DNA from: Leucoraja ocellata
Taxonomy: Eukaryota
Direction of reading: 5' to 3'
Assembly: GCA_036785375.1 (NCBI GenBank)
Contig: JAWMAR010000424.1
Location: 372,001-436,000 of the forward strand
Length of the DNA: 64,000 bases
The notes beneath the pieces are model-generated. The model saw only the letters and a program-made list of their open reading frames with translations. It was not told the DNA's origin and did not search any database. Of the stretch, positions 38,901 to 52,500 are shown piece by piece (the first letter of the stretch is position 1; each line of letters opens with the position of its first letter). The position numbers and the translations under genes were made by a program.

Positions 38901-39585
38901 GACATAGGGGGAGATGGGAAGATGTGGCGAGTGGTGGGGTCACGTTGGAGGTGGCGGAAATGGCGGAGGATTGTGTGTTGTATTTGCCGGCTGGTGGGGT
39001 GAAAGGTGAGGACCAGGGGTATTCTGCCCTTTTTGCGAGAGCAGGGATGGGGAGAGAGAGCAGTGTTGCGTGGTATGGATGAGACCCTGGTGCGAGCCTC
39101 ATCTATGGTGGCGGAGGGGAATCCCCGTTCCCTGAAGAACGAGGACATTTCCGATGACCTGGTATGGAATGTCTCATCCTGGGAACAGATGTGGCGTAGG
39201 CGGAGGAATTGGGAGTAGGGGATGGAGTCTTTATAGGGGGCAGGGTGGGAAGACGTGTAGTCCAGATAGCCATGTGAGTCAGTTGGTTTGTAGTGTATGT
39301 CGGTCAGAAGTCTGTCCCCTGCGATGGAGATGGTGAGGTCAAGGAATGGTAGGGAAGTGTCGGAAATGGCCCAGGTGTATTGGAGTGCCAGATGGAAGTT
39401 GGTGGTGAAGTGGATGAAATCAGTCAGTTGTGTGTAGGTGCAGGAGGTGGCTCCAAAGCAGTCGTCAATGTAACGAAGGTAGAGGTCGGGGATGGGGCCC
39501 TGGTACGTACTGAAGAAGGATAGTTCAACGTACCCGACAAAGAGGCAGGCGTAGCTGGGGCCCATGCGTATGCCCATAGTTGAGT
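35999..39585 (-). mobile_element. Penelope-like element (RT + GIY-YIG endonuclease), 5'-truncated, with 17-bp TSD
   Basis: MGPSYACLF, RYIDD, NLIYCIRC...YIGETKR. CCATCAACATGAGTGTT occurs at 35982-35998 and 39586-39602. Confidence 0.9.
36244..38410 (+). mobile_element. Young CR1 subfamily A LINE (uninterrupted RT ORF) nested in Penelope
   Basis: Open RT frame to 38308, (TTTCTATG)n tail, AAAATT on both flanks. Confidence 0.95.
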
Positions 39586-42324
39586 CCATCAACATGAGTG
39601 TTTTGAGCATAGATGGTTCCAGGTTGAGGGATCTGGCTGGTGGCCATCCCCTGAGGTATGTCAGGACCACACTGACATCCCATATATGGGTGTACCTTGG
39701 TCTAGGGGGTTAGAGTTGTAAATACCCTTCATTAGTTTGACCACCAGCTGGTGGGAACCCATGGCCTGTTGGCCTGGAGCTGGTTTTAAATAGACAGGCA
39801 GGGCAATAACCATGTCATGGAGTATTGGGAACCATGGCTGTATAGGCCAGTCGGGTACTATCAAAATACCTTAAGCAGAGTCCATTTGTACTGTGCGTAG
39901 TCCCCAGCTGATGAGGCAGAAGGGAGGATGTGCATAGAAGAAGAATTTCCCCAATCCAGCGCGAACGCATCTACCGTGCTGCCTCAGGGTATGGTTCCCA
40001 AGAGACACACATAGGTACCTGGTGATTTAGCCTTGATGCAAATAAATCGATATCTGGCGTGCCCTATTGCTTGATAACTTTTGTGAAAAAATTTTGGGGG
40101 TTTTAATATCCATTCGATGTTGTCATTAAATTTACGTGACCTGGTGTTTGCCACTGTATTTAGCTTACCTGGCAGGTAAGTTACTGATAGCCAAATATGT
40201 CTTTGGACACACCATTGCCAAATTGTGTTGATCAACTTGTCGCATGATACCGATTTTATGCCGCCCATATGGTTAATGTAGGTCACCACCGCAGTATTAT
40301 CTATTTATAACCGTACATGCAAGTGATGCATATTTATGCATATGCTTTTAAACCATAAAAGTCACCCAACATCTCTAGATAATTAATGCCCAGTGTAAGT
40401 GGTAATGATGATTCTAGGTTAGACCATCTACTACTTGTGCTGGATATAGAGTTAGTTGCTCCCCAGCCTTGAGCACTGGCATCTGTTTGGATAACTGACG
40501 TAGGGTTAGTGATGATAATAGGCTGAAACTATGTCAAACGTTTTTTGCCCACCACTGTAGTTCTGATATTACTTCAGTGGGTAACTTCATGAAACGATCA
40601 TAATGACCTGTATGTCGTTTATGGTACAACGGTCGGAATTATGTAGCCGGAAATGCTGCTACCATTTTCCCAATTACTCTGTTACTTGTCGAGTAGTTGG
40701 TAGTTTGTTGACCATTAAATTGTTGCATGATTGTGCCAATTCAACTATGTTGTCTCTTGGCAATGTTACAGTCACGTAGACTGAATTAATTGTGAAGCCC
40801 AAGAAGTCCATGATTGTGGATGCTTCAACTTAGATTTATCTGGATGTAAGACAATCCCAGGGTTTTGAATAACTGTTTGGTAGCTGAACAGCTAACATAG
40901 TCAATTTCATGGTCTTGCCTACCATTTAGGATATCATCAAGATATGCCATGACAATATGTTTTTGTCTTCTGAATATTGCCAGAGCTGGTTTTAGTGTCT
41001 GGGTGACACTCTTGGGCTGATGTGAACCCATTGGCTAACGCTTTAAACTGCTATAGCTGCCCCATCCAGGTATATTTCAGGTATCTGCGATGATCCTTGT
41101 GAATGGTACTAAATAGTAAACATCTTTAAGATGAATGCTTGCCATGAAGTATCCTTTGGAATTTAGTTGTTTGGCAGTAACAACCGGTTCCATTTTGAAA
41201 TGTATATACTTAACAAACATCACCCATTGCTTCTCTCCAGAGATGCTGCCGGTCCCACTGAGTTACTCCAGCTTTGTGTCCATCTTCAAATGATGTCACG
41301 CGCTCCAGACGGCTTCACAGGACCATCTCGTCTCGCGTAATTTGCGTGCCAAGGACACGTAAGTGGGACAGGCCCTTAACTCTAAACTAAACTAAACATT
41401 GTTAGCTGTGGGCTCGGTGAAAACTCGTATAATTCATACAAGGTGTCTAACTCGTTCTCACCTTGACCACAATTAACAATGGACTATTGAGTCTAAGGAA
41501 GGGTCTCGATACACGAAACGTCACCCATTCCTTCCATCCAGAGAGGCTGCTTGTCCCGCTGAGTTACTCCAGCATTTTGTTTCTATCCTCTACAACAATA
41601 AAAGGCTTGGCGGAACTGTGTTTGAATGTGACAGGGAAATTAACAAAGGTATGAATCCAGAGAGGTAAAAACTCATCAAATCATACAGATCAGAAACAGG
41701 AATTAATCCAATCTATATGCTGATTAAAATTAAAAGCACACATGATAATTGCTGCTGCATTTCTGTTCTTTCCATGTTCTCCCATTTACAGTTTGTACTG
41801 TCAATAGGCAACATGTTTGAGGTCTTTACAGTTTAGTTTATGGTCACGTGTACCGAGGTGCAGTGAAAAGCTTTTGTTGCATAATCAAGCCATTTACAGT
41901 GTATAGATACATGATAAGGGAATAACGTTCAGGGCAAGATCACCAATGAGGTAGATAGTAGTTCAGCACTGCTCTCTGGTTGTAGTAGGATGGTTCAGTT
42001 GCCAGATAACAGCTGGGAAGAAACTGTCCCTGAATCTGTGCGTTTTCACACTTCTATACCTTTTGCCTGATGGGAGAGAGAAGAGGAGTGGCCAGGGTTC
42101 GACTCGTCCTTGATTATGCTGCTGGCCTTGCCGAGGCAGCGTGAGGTATAAATGTAGTCAATGGAAATGTGATAGACACAAATAGAAATAGACAATAATA
42201 ATAATAATAATAATAATTTTATTTATAGAGCACTTTAAAAACAAACGTAGCTGCAACAAAGTGCTGTACATCACTAATCATTGACAAAAAAGTTAATACA
42301 CACCAAAAATAACAATCAAAAGAA

Positions 42325-45300
42325 ATAGTAGGAAAAGACATGTAAAATAAAGAAACATCAAAAACACCACAAACAGAAGCAAAGCCTCAGGCATGGTCAA
42401 AAGCCAGGGAGTACAAATGCGTTTTAACACTGGATTTGAAGATAATAGACAATAGACAACCGTGCATAGTTCCTTGAAGGTGGAATCTCATATAGATAGG
42501 GTGGTAAAGAAAGCTTTTGGTATGCTAGCCTTTATAAATCAGAGCATTGAGTATAGAAGCTGGGATGTAATGTTAAAATTGTACAAGGCATTGGTGAGAC
42601 CAAATCTGGAGTATGGTGTACAATTTTGGTCGCCCAATTATAGGAAGGATGTCAACAAAATAGAGAGAGTACAGAGGAGATTTACTAGAATGTTGCCTGG
42701 GTTTCAACAACTAAGTTACAGAGATAGGTTGAATAAGTTAGGTCTTTATTCTCTGGAGCGCAGAAGGTTAAGGGGGGACCTGATAGAGGTCTTTAAAACG
42801 ATGAGAGGGATAGACAGAGTTGATGTGGACAAGCTTTTCCCTTTGAGAATAGGGAAGATTCAAACAAGAGGACATGACTTCAGAATTAAGGGACAGAAGT
42901 TTAGGGGTAATATGAGGGGGAACTTCTTTACGCAGAGAGTGGTGGCGGTGTGGAATGAGCTCCCAGTGGAAGTGGTGGAGGCAGGTTCATTAGTATCATT
43001 TAAAAATAAATTGGATAGGCATATGGATGAGAAGGGAATGGAGGGTTATGGTACAAATGCAGGCAGGTGGGACTAAGGGGAAAAAATGTGTTCGGCATGG
43101 ACTTGTAGGGCCGAGATGGCCTGTTTCCGTGCTGTAATTGTTATATGGTTATATGGTTAGATGCAGGAGTAGGCCATTCCGCCCTTCGAGCCAGTACCGC
43201 CATTCACTGTGATCATGGCTGATCATTCACAATCGGTACCCCGTTCTTGCCTTCTCCCCATAGTGATAGACACAATGCTGAAGTAACTCTGCGGGTCAGG
43301 CAACACCTCCGGAGAAGAAGAATGGCCGATGTTTGGGGTCGGGACCCGTCTAACTTGCAGTAAATGCTAGTTATTGATCAGCTTGCACCGAGGATTGTGC
43401 ATTTACCTTTTGCTTCAAAGGTTATTTCCTGAAGCTTTTTTTTTGTTTACAGAGCAAGTAAATGATTAGCACAATTCATGTGTTGAAATCTGATTTGGCA
43501 TTTCAGTCCAAGATCCACATTACTAGCAAAAAAATCAGGATAAATATTGAAAATCGTCTTTATAAAATAGTACATTTGGAATCTGAGCAGGAAACTGGTC
43601 AAAGGATTTTTTCAGTGAGTATTGAGACTAAAGATAATTGTTCAAATTTTCAAAACTTCTCCATTTCATGTTTCCTGAATGGAAAATGGCTGTAACATAT
43701 TTTATTTGGAGTATTGTGTGTAATTCCAGTCACCCTAGAATTGTGGAGTCTTTGTCGAGAGTGCAGAGGAGATTGACCAGAATGCTGCCTGGATATGAGG
43801 ATTACAGCTACTGGGCGAGGTTGTACAGACTTGGATTGCTTTCTGTGGAACGCCGGAAGTTGAGGGGAGAATTGGTAGAAGTATATAAAATTATGAGGCA
43901 TTGACAGTCAGGACCTTTTTCCCAGGGTGGAAATGTCCAACAGTAGAGGATATAGCAATAAGGTGAGAGTGGGAAAGTTTAATGGAGATGTGCAGGGCAA
44001 GATTTTTTACAGAGTGGTCGGAGCCTGGGATGCATTGCTGGGGTTGTGGTGGAGGCAGATATGATAGTGGTGTTTAAGAGGCTTTTAGACAGGCACATGG
44101 AAGTGCAGGCATTAGAGGGATGTGGATAATGTACAGGCAGATAAAATCAGTTTAACTCCATCATGTTCGCTACACACATGGGCTGCAGGCTCCATTCCCG
44201 TCCTGTGCTCCTCTATACTGGTCTTTAATTTGAAGAGTACATTTTTTTCTAATTATTTGAGAATTATGATAAAAATGGATCCGTCCCATTACTTGTCTCC
44301 AGAGGTTCTGCCAGTCCCGTTGAGTTACTCCAGCACTTTGTGTCTACCTTTGGTTTAGTCCAGCATCTGCAGTTCCTTCCTACACCTTCCAATGAAAGAT
44401 CTGTAAACCATCTGTCCAATGCCTCGTAAGATGCCAGAAGCAATGTAAACATTCCTGAATGATTTTCTCACCTAATGGAAGTGAGGAATTGAAGAGAAGG
44501 AAAGAGCGTGGGAGAAATGATTCAATTCATAGAATTGTAGTTTTTCTTTAGTCTCCAGCTACAATCAGTTTTATTGAAAGGTGTTTAGAAAATACCTCAT
44601 ACATTCCCATTAATTTCCTCTCAATGTAAAATGTGCCTCCAGAGAAATGAAACCAGAAAATAAATGAGACATCATCAATGGAGAAATAGTCAGCTTTTCC
44701 ACTCTTTGATAGAAGTCAGTACATTTTTTTAAATAGACAGTCAGAACTTGTTTCCCCCAAGGTGCGAATGTCAAAGACTAGAGGGCACAGCTTTAAGGTG
44801 AGAGGTGCAAAGTTGAAAAGACATTTGTGGGACAAGTTATTTTTTGCACAGAGGGTGAAAGATTCTAGAACGTGCTGCCAGGGGTGGTGGTGGAGGCAGA
44901 TATATGATAGTGGCATTTAGGAGGCTACAAGATAGGCGCATGGATATGCAGGGAATGGGGGGATATAGATCACATGCAGGCATAGTAGGAAAAGACATGT
45001 AAAATAAAGAAACATCAAAAACACCACAAACAGAAGCAAAGCCTCAGGCATGGTCAAAAGCCAGGGAGTACAAATGCGTTTTAACACTGAATTTGAAGAT
45101 AATAGACAATAGACAACCGTGCATAGTTCCTTGAAGGTGGAATCTCATATAGATAGGGTGGTAAAGAAAGCTTTTGGTATGCTAGCCTTTATAAATCAGA
45201 GCATTGAGTATAGAAGCTGGGATGTAATGTTAAAATTGTACAAGGCATTGGTGAGACCAAATCTGGAGTATGGTGTACAATTTTGGTCGCCCAATTATAG

Positions 45301-47639
45301 GAAGGATGTCAACAAAATAGAGAGAGTACAGAGGAGATTTACTAGAATGTTGCCTGGGTTTCAACAACTAAGTTACAGAGATAGGTTGAATAAGTTAGGT
45401 CTTTATTCTCTGGAGCGCAGAAGGTTAAGGGGGGACCTGATAGAGGTCTTTAAAACGATGAGAGGGATAGACAGAGTTGATGTGGACAAGCTTTTCCCTT
45501 TGAGAATAGGGAAGATTTAAACAAGAGGACATGACTTCAGAATTAAGGGACAGAAGTTTAGGGGTAATATGAGGGGGAACTTCTTTACGCAGAGAGTGGT
45601 GGCGGTGTGGAATGAGCTCCCAGTGGAAGTGGTGGAGGCAGGTTCATTAGTATCATTTAAAAATAAATTGGATAGGCATATGGATGAGAAGGGAATGGAG
45701 GGTTATGGTACAAATGCAGGCAGGTGGGACTAAGGGGAAAAAATGTGTTCGGCATGGACTTGTAGGGCCGAGATGGCCTGTTTCCGTGCTGTAATTGTTA
45801 TATGGTTATATGGTTAGATGCAGGAGTAGGCCATTCCGCCCTTCGAGCCAGTACCGCCATTCACTGTGATCATGGCTGATCATTCACAATCGGTACCCCG
45901 TTCTTGCCTTCTCCCCATAGTGATAGACACAATGCTGAAGTAACTCTGCGGGTCAGGCAACACCTCCGGAGAAGAAGAATGGCCGATGTTTGGGGTCGGG
46001 ACCCGTCTAACTTGCAGTAAATGCTAGTTATTGATCAGCTTGCACCGAGGATTGTGCATTTACCTTTTGCTTCAAAGGTTATTTCCTGAAGCTTTTTTTT
46101 TGTTTACAGAGCAAGTAAATGATTAGCACAATTCATGTGTTGAAATCTGATTTGGCATTTCAGTCCAAGATCCACATTACTAGCAAAAAAATCAGGATAA
46201 ATATTGAAAATCGTCTTTATAAAATAGTACATTTGGAATCTGAGCAGGAAACTGGTCAAAGGATTTTTTCAGTGAGTATTGAGACTAAAGATAATTGTTC
46301 AAATTTTCAAAACTTCTCCATTTCATGTTTCCTGAATGGAAAATGGCTGTAACATATTTTATTTGGAGTATTGTGTGTAATTCCAGTCACCCTAGAATTG
46401 TGGAGTCTTTGTCGAGAGTGCAGAGGAGATTGACCAGAATGCTGCCTGGATATGAGGATTACAGCTACTGGGCGAGGTTGTACAGACTTGGATTGCTTTC
46501 TGTGGAACGCCGGAAGTTGAGGGGAGAATTGGTAGAAGTATATAAAATTATGAGGCATTGACAGTCAGGACCTTTTTCCCAGGGTGGAAATGTCCAACAG
46601 TAGAGGATATAGCAATAAGGTGAGAGTGGGAAAGTTTAATGGAGATGTGCAGGGCAAGATTTTTTACAGAGTGGTCGGAGCCTGGGATGCATTGCTGGGG
46701 TTGTGGTGGAGGCAGATATGATAGTGGTGTTTAAGAGGCTTTTAGACAGGCACATGGAAGTGCAGGCATTAGAGGGATGTGGATAATGTACAGGCAGATA
46801 AAATCAGTTTAACTCCATCATGTTCGCTACACACATGGGCTGCAGGCTCCATTCCCGTCCTGTGCTCCTCTATACTGGTCTTTAATTTGAAGAGTACATT
46901 TTTTTCTAATTATTTGAGAATTATGATAAAAATGGATCCGTCCCATTACTTGTCTCCAGAGGTTCTGCCAGTCCCGTTGAGTTACTCCAGCACTTTGTGT
47001 CTACCTTTGGTTTAGTCCAGCATCTGCAGTTCCTTCCTACACCTTCCAATGAAAGATCTGTAAACCATCTGTCCAATGCCTCGTAAGATGCCAGAAGCAA
47101 TGTAAACATTCCTGAATGATTTTCTCACCTAATGGAAGTGAGGAATTGAAGAGAAGGAAAGAGCGTGGGAGAAATGATTCAATTCATAGAATTGTAGTTT
47201 TTCTTTAGTCTCCAGCTACAATCAGTTTTATTGAAAGGTGTTTAGAAAATACCTCATACATTCCCATTAATTTCCTCTCAATGTAAAATGTGCCTCCAGA
47301 GAAATGAAACCAGAAAATAAATGAGACATCATCAATGGAGAAATAGTCAGCTTTTCCACTCTTTGATAGAAGTCAGTACATTTTTTTAAATAGACAGTCA
47401 GAACTTGTTTCCCCCAAGGTGCGAATGTCAAAGACTAGAGGGCACAGCTTTAAGGTGAGAGGTGCAAAGTTGAAAAGACATTTGTGGGACAAGTTATTTT
47501 TTGCACAGAGGGTGAAAGATTCTAGAACGTGCTGCCAGGGGTGGTGGTGGAGGCAGATATATGATAGTGGCATTTAGGAGGCTACAAGATAGGCGCATGG
47601 ATATGCAGGGAATGGGGGGATATAGATCACATGCAGGCA
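42325..47639. repeat. Near-identical 2657-bp tandem duplication (42325-44981 and 44982-47639)
   Basis: All paired ORFs are offset by exactly 2657; very few differences seen (e.g. a CAA>TAA change near 45518). Confidence 0.95.
42462..43160 (+). mobile_element. CR1 subfamily B 3' fragment (second copy 45119-45817)
   Basis: 204-aa RT C-terminal ORF and ATATGGTT tail. Confidence 0.9.
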
Positions 47640-47859
47640 GTGGAGATTAGTTTAATTTAACATCGTGTTTGGCACGGACATTGTGGGCCAAGGGGCCTCA
47701 TTATACCAAAGATGTGCTGAAAAGTTAATTCACTATGGTAAATTTTTCACATTGTATGCAAAACATGGACTAAGACGGAACAGAAGAGCACAGGACAGGC
47801 CCTTCGGCCCTCAATGTCTGTGCTGGATATGATGCCTGGTTAAATTACTATCTGCTGCA

Positions 47860-48665
47860 CATAGAAACATAGAAACATAGAAATTAGGTGCAGGAGTAGG
47901 CCATTCGGTCCTTCGAGCCTGCACCGCCATTTAATATGATCATGGCTGATCATCCAACTCAGTATCCCGTACCTGCCTTCTCTCCATACCCTCTGATCCC
48001 CTTGGCCACAAGGGCCACATCTAACTCCCTCTTAAATATAGCCAATGAACTGGCCTCAACTACCCTCTGTGGCAGAGAGTTCCAGAGATTCACCACTCTC
48101 TGTGTGAAAAAAGTTCTCCTCATCTCGGTTTTAAAGGATTTCCCCCTTATCCTTAAGCTGTGACCCCTTGTCCTGGACTTCCCCAACATCGGGAACAATC
48201 TTCCTGCATCTAGCCTGTCCAACCCCTTAAGAATTTTGTAAGTTTCTATAAGATCCACTCTCAATCTCCTAAATTCTAGAGAGTATAAACCAAGTCTATC
48301 CAGTCTTTCTTCATAAGACAGTCCTGACATCCCAGGAATCAGTCTGGTGAACCTTCTCTGCACTCCCTCTATGGCAATAATGTCCTTCCTCAGATTTGGA
48401 GACCAAAACTGCACGCAATACTCCAGGTGTGGTCTCACCAAGACCCTGTACAACTGCAGTAGAACCTCCCTGCTCCTATACTCAAATCCTCTTGCTATGA
48501 AAGCCAACATACCATTCGCTTTCTTTACTGCCTGCTGCACCAGCATGCCTACCTTCAATAACTGGTGTACCATGACACCCAGGTCTCGCTGCATCTCCCC
48601 CTTTCCCAATCGGCCACCGTTTAGATAATAATCTGCTTTCCCGTTTTTGCCACAAAAATGGATAA
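47860..48665 (-). mobile_element. CR1 subfamily A 3' fragment
   Basis: 216-aa RT C-terminal ORF and tail. Confidence 0.92.
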
Positions 48666-49364
48666 CATCTTCTGCTTGGGTACTTTACACCCCATAACAT
48701 GATCCATATCCCTCCATTCCCTGCACTTCCATATGTCTAACTAAAAGATTGTTAACACCACTATCGTATCTGCCTCCACCAACACCACTAGCAGTGTGTT
48801 CTAGGCACCCACTATCCTCTGTGTAAAATATTATCTTAATTTACCCTTAAACCTGGAGCACATTGACCTGTGAATAAATAAAGACCATAGATAGACACGA
48901 AATACTGGAGTAATTCAGTGGGTCGAGCATATTCTCTGGAGAGAAGGAATAGGTGACATTTCAGGGCGAGACACTTCTTCAGATGAGAGTCAGGGGAGAG
49001 GGAAACTGGAGATGTGTAAAGGCACTGAACAAACAGCTGGAACCGATGACTCAGGAAAGGTGGAGCCCACAATGGTCCATTGTTGGCAGTGGAGGAGGTG
49101 ATAAAGAAAGGGATACGAACAGCAAGGTGACTAGTGTGGGAGAGGTACAGAGAGGGAGGGAATGCAAAGATTACTTCAAATTATAGAAATCAATTTTCAT
49201 ACCATTGGATTGTAAGCTGCCCAAGATAAATATGAGGTGCTGTTCCTCTAATTTGCATGTGGCATGGTCTTTAACCATGTTGGTGCCAGTTAGAATCAGG
49301 TTGAATAATTCACGCAGCCCTGTGTTACAGGAAGTCCTTACGAGGCCAGAATCGTTGGAAGAAG

Positions 49365-49517
49365 ATGAGTGTCGTTGTTGTTGACTTTGGCTCATTTGCC
49401 TTGGGTCAAGCTGTACCTTCAGCCCATGAAATGAAACGATTATCCACAGAGATCGGACGGGCATTCAGTCAACTTGGATTTGTGTACCTCAAAAACACCG
49501 GCATCAAAGATGAGCAA
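49365..49517 (+). CDS. Dioxygenase coding exon 1 (MSVVVVDF...IKDEQ)
   Basis: ATG at 49365 and donor CAA|gtatgc. An acceptor ttacag| at 49330 implies an upstream non-coding exon. Confidence 0.9.
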
Positions 49518-52500
49518 GTATGCACGCACTTTAATATCCCGTTATATTGTGCTGTACTACTGTCTAAGGAGGATGGTGGCAAGGTGTGGAGACTCTGGTC
49601 TCAAAAGACAATCTAGCATCATCTGATACGATACCACTTTCACATCTCTTTGTGAAGCTGGAGGAAGAAAAATGTGAGGAGGGAAATAGGTACAGGTCCA
49701 GATGGGGCACAAGGGAAAGGGGGTGGGGGGGGGGGGGGAGAAAGAAGTGGGGAAGGGAAATGGGAGGTTTATGTAGTTACCTAAAATAGGAGAATTCAAT
49801 GTTCATACCGCTGGGGTGTAAAGTACCCAAGCAGAAGATGAGGTGCTGTTCCTCCAGTTTGTGTGAGGCTTCACTCTGGCAATGGGGGAGGCCCAGGACA
49901 GAAAGGTCAATGTGGGAATGGGAAGGGGAGTTAAAATAGTTTGCGACCAGGAGATCCAGCAGGCATAGGTGGAGCAAGTGTAGAAATGTAGGAGTCAGTT
50001 ACATTTGGAAAGAGGAGATTTATTAATTATCATCTGTCTCATCCTTTGACAATCGTGAACAATGGACATGAACCTTAGTGTACCTATGCCAATTGTACAG
50101 TGCATTTAATCTTGGACCATTGCTCCACAGGTGTTTGAAGCAATGGACATCTGCAGGAAGTTCTTTCTACTTCCCAAGGACATTAAACAGCAATATGCTC
50201 GTTCCAAGGACTCAGATATTCCATGCCATGGCTGGATAGATTTTCAGACTGAGAGGTAAGGTTCCCCCCAGATTTCCCTTTCTTGCATCCACATTGCTGA
50301 AAGGAAATATTATGAAGCACATACCAGGAAGATTATTTATTGAATGCATAAACTGTAAGGTTTGACATCACGGCACTGTGGTGCTGTGGGTAGAGCTGCT
50401 GCCTTACAGCGCCAGAGACCCGGGATCAATCCTGACTGCGGGTGCTGTATGTACACAGATTGTACGTTCTCCCTGTGACCGCGTGGGTTTCTTCTGGTGC
50501 TCGGTTTCCTCCCACATCCCAAAGTCTTGTGGATTTGTGGCTTAATTGGCTTCTGTAAATTTATTCAACACATCTGTGGAAGTGTCAGGACAAATGACTG
50601 AGTAACATTTAAGCACGGATCTTTATATAAACAAATGTAAATATTCTTCTCTTCACAGCTTAAACCCAACGGAACTGAATGACCTGAAAGAAGCCTTTAA
50701 TGTGACATCGTTGTCTTCCACTGACGTAAGATCTCAGAATTCACATTGAGATTGGATTGCAATCCATGTCATTGTCCACATGCCAGGAACGAGGCATTCT
50801 GGCTGTTGTGCCACTGGGGAAATGTTACTCACAAACACAGAACATAGAGCATAGAACAGCACCGCAGAGGAACAGACCCTTCAGCCCACACTGTCCATGC
50901 TGAAAATGATGCTGTTAAATAAATCTCCTCTGCCTGAACGTGATCCATATCTCTCCGTTCCCTGCAGATCCACTGTCGAATCTGCCTCCACCATCATCCC
51001 TGACAGTGCGGAGTCTGTGTGGAGTTTGCACGTTCTCCCTGCTATTATTCGGGTGCTCAGTTTCTTCCCACATCCTAAAAACATGCGGGTTTGTTGGTTA
51101 ATTGGCCCTCTGTAAATTTCCCCTAGCGTGTAACGAGTAGGTGAGAATTTGGGGTAACATAGTCAAGTCAATTTTATTTCTAAAGCACATTTAAAAACAA
51201 CTCTCGTTGACCAAAGTGCTTTACATTAGTGCAGGTACTAATGTGCTACATACAGTGGTACATAGATCAACAATACATGCATAAATACATACATACAGCG
51301 CTCCCTCAGAGGACCTCAAGAAATGCTTGTGAGTAAAAATAGGTTTTAAGTCTAGACTTAAAGGAGTTGATGGAGGGGGCAGTTCTGATGGGAAGAGGGA
51401 TGCTGTTCCACAGTCTAAGTGCTGCAACCGCAAAAGCGCGGTCGCCCGAGCTTATACCGGGATAGTCAGTAGCCCCAAGTCGGCCGACCTGAGGGACCTG
51501 GAGGTAGAATGATGGTTAGCAGATTTTTGATGTAGGTGGGGTCAAGCCCATTAAGGGCTTTGTATACATATAGGAGCTTGAAATTGATTCTGTACCGTAC
51601 TGGGAGCCAGTGGAGAGAGGCCAGAATCGGGGTGATGTGGCCCCTTTTACAGGTGCCCGTCAGAAGTCTCGCTGCGGCGTTTTTTACCAATTGCAGGCAG
51701 GACAGGGATGATTGGTGAGACCAAATCTGGAGTATGGTGTACAATTTTGGTCGCCCAATTATAGGAAGGATGTCAACAAAATAGAGAGAGTACAGAGGAG
51801 ATTTACTAGAATGTTGCCTGGGTTTCAACAACTAAGTTACAGAGAAAGGTTGAATAAGTTAGGTCTTTATTCTCTGGAGTGCAGAAGCTTAAGGGGGGAC
51901 TTGATAGAGGTCTTTAAAATGATGAGAGGGATAGACAGAGTTGATGTGGACAAGCTTTTCCCTTTGAGAATAGGGAAGATTCAAACAAGAGGACATGACT
52001 TCAGAATTAAGGGACAGACGTTTAGGGGTAATATGAGGGGGAACTTCTTTACTCAGAGAGTGGTAGCGGTGTGGAATGCGCTTCCAGTGGAAGTAGTGGA
52101 GGCAGGTTCGTTGGTATCATTTAAAAATAAATTGGATAGGCATATGGATGAGAAGGGAATGGAGGGTTATGGTATGAGTGCAGGCAGGTGGGACTAAGGG
52201 GAAAAAAAAAAGAAGAAAATAAAAGTTGTTCGGCACGGACTTGTAGGGCCGAGATGGCCGTTTCCTTGCTGTAATTGTTATATATGTTATTATATTGGCA
52301 GATGCCAGTGTATCAGGGCGGGAGCTGCAGTAATCAGGGCGGGAGGAGATAAATGGGTGGATGATCTTTTCAAGGTCGTCGAATTGGAGGAATGGTTTGA
52401 TTTTAGCTATTGTGCGAAGCTGGAAGAAGCTAGCTTTTACCACAGCATTGACTTGTTTGTCAAACTTCTATGCAGAGTCAAATATAACGGCAAGGTTTTT

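Larger units (their letters stand above)
34967..41220 (-). mobile_element. Second DIRS element (5'-truncated), with nested Penelope and CR1
   Basis: Same terminal/ICR sequence as 20992 onward; YR (FHSTRAAST, LVSAQRVQSL), RNase H and RT (MAYLDDIL) remnants. Confidence 0.88.

Noticed and set aside
43435-43465. Possible 5-nt micro-exon (tttacag|AGCAA|gtaaat)
   Set aside because: No supporting context; such motifs arise by chance.
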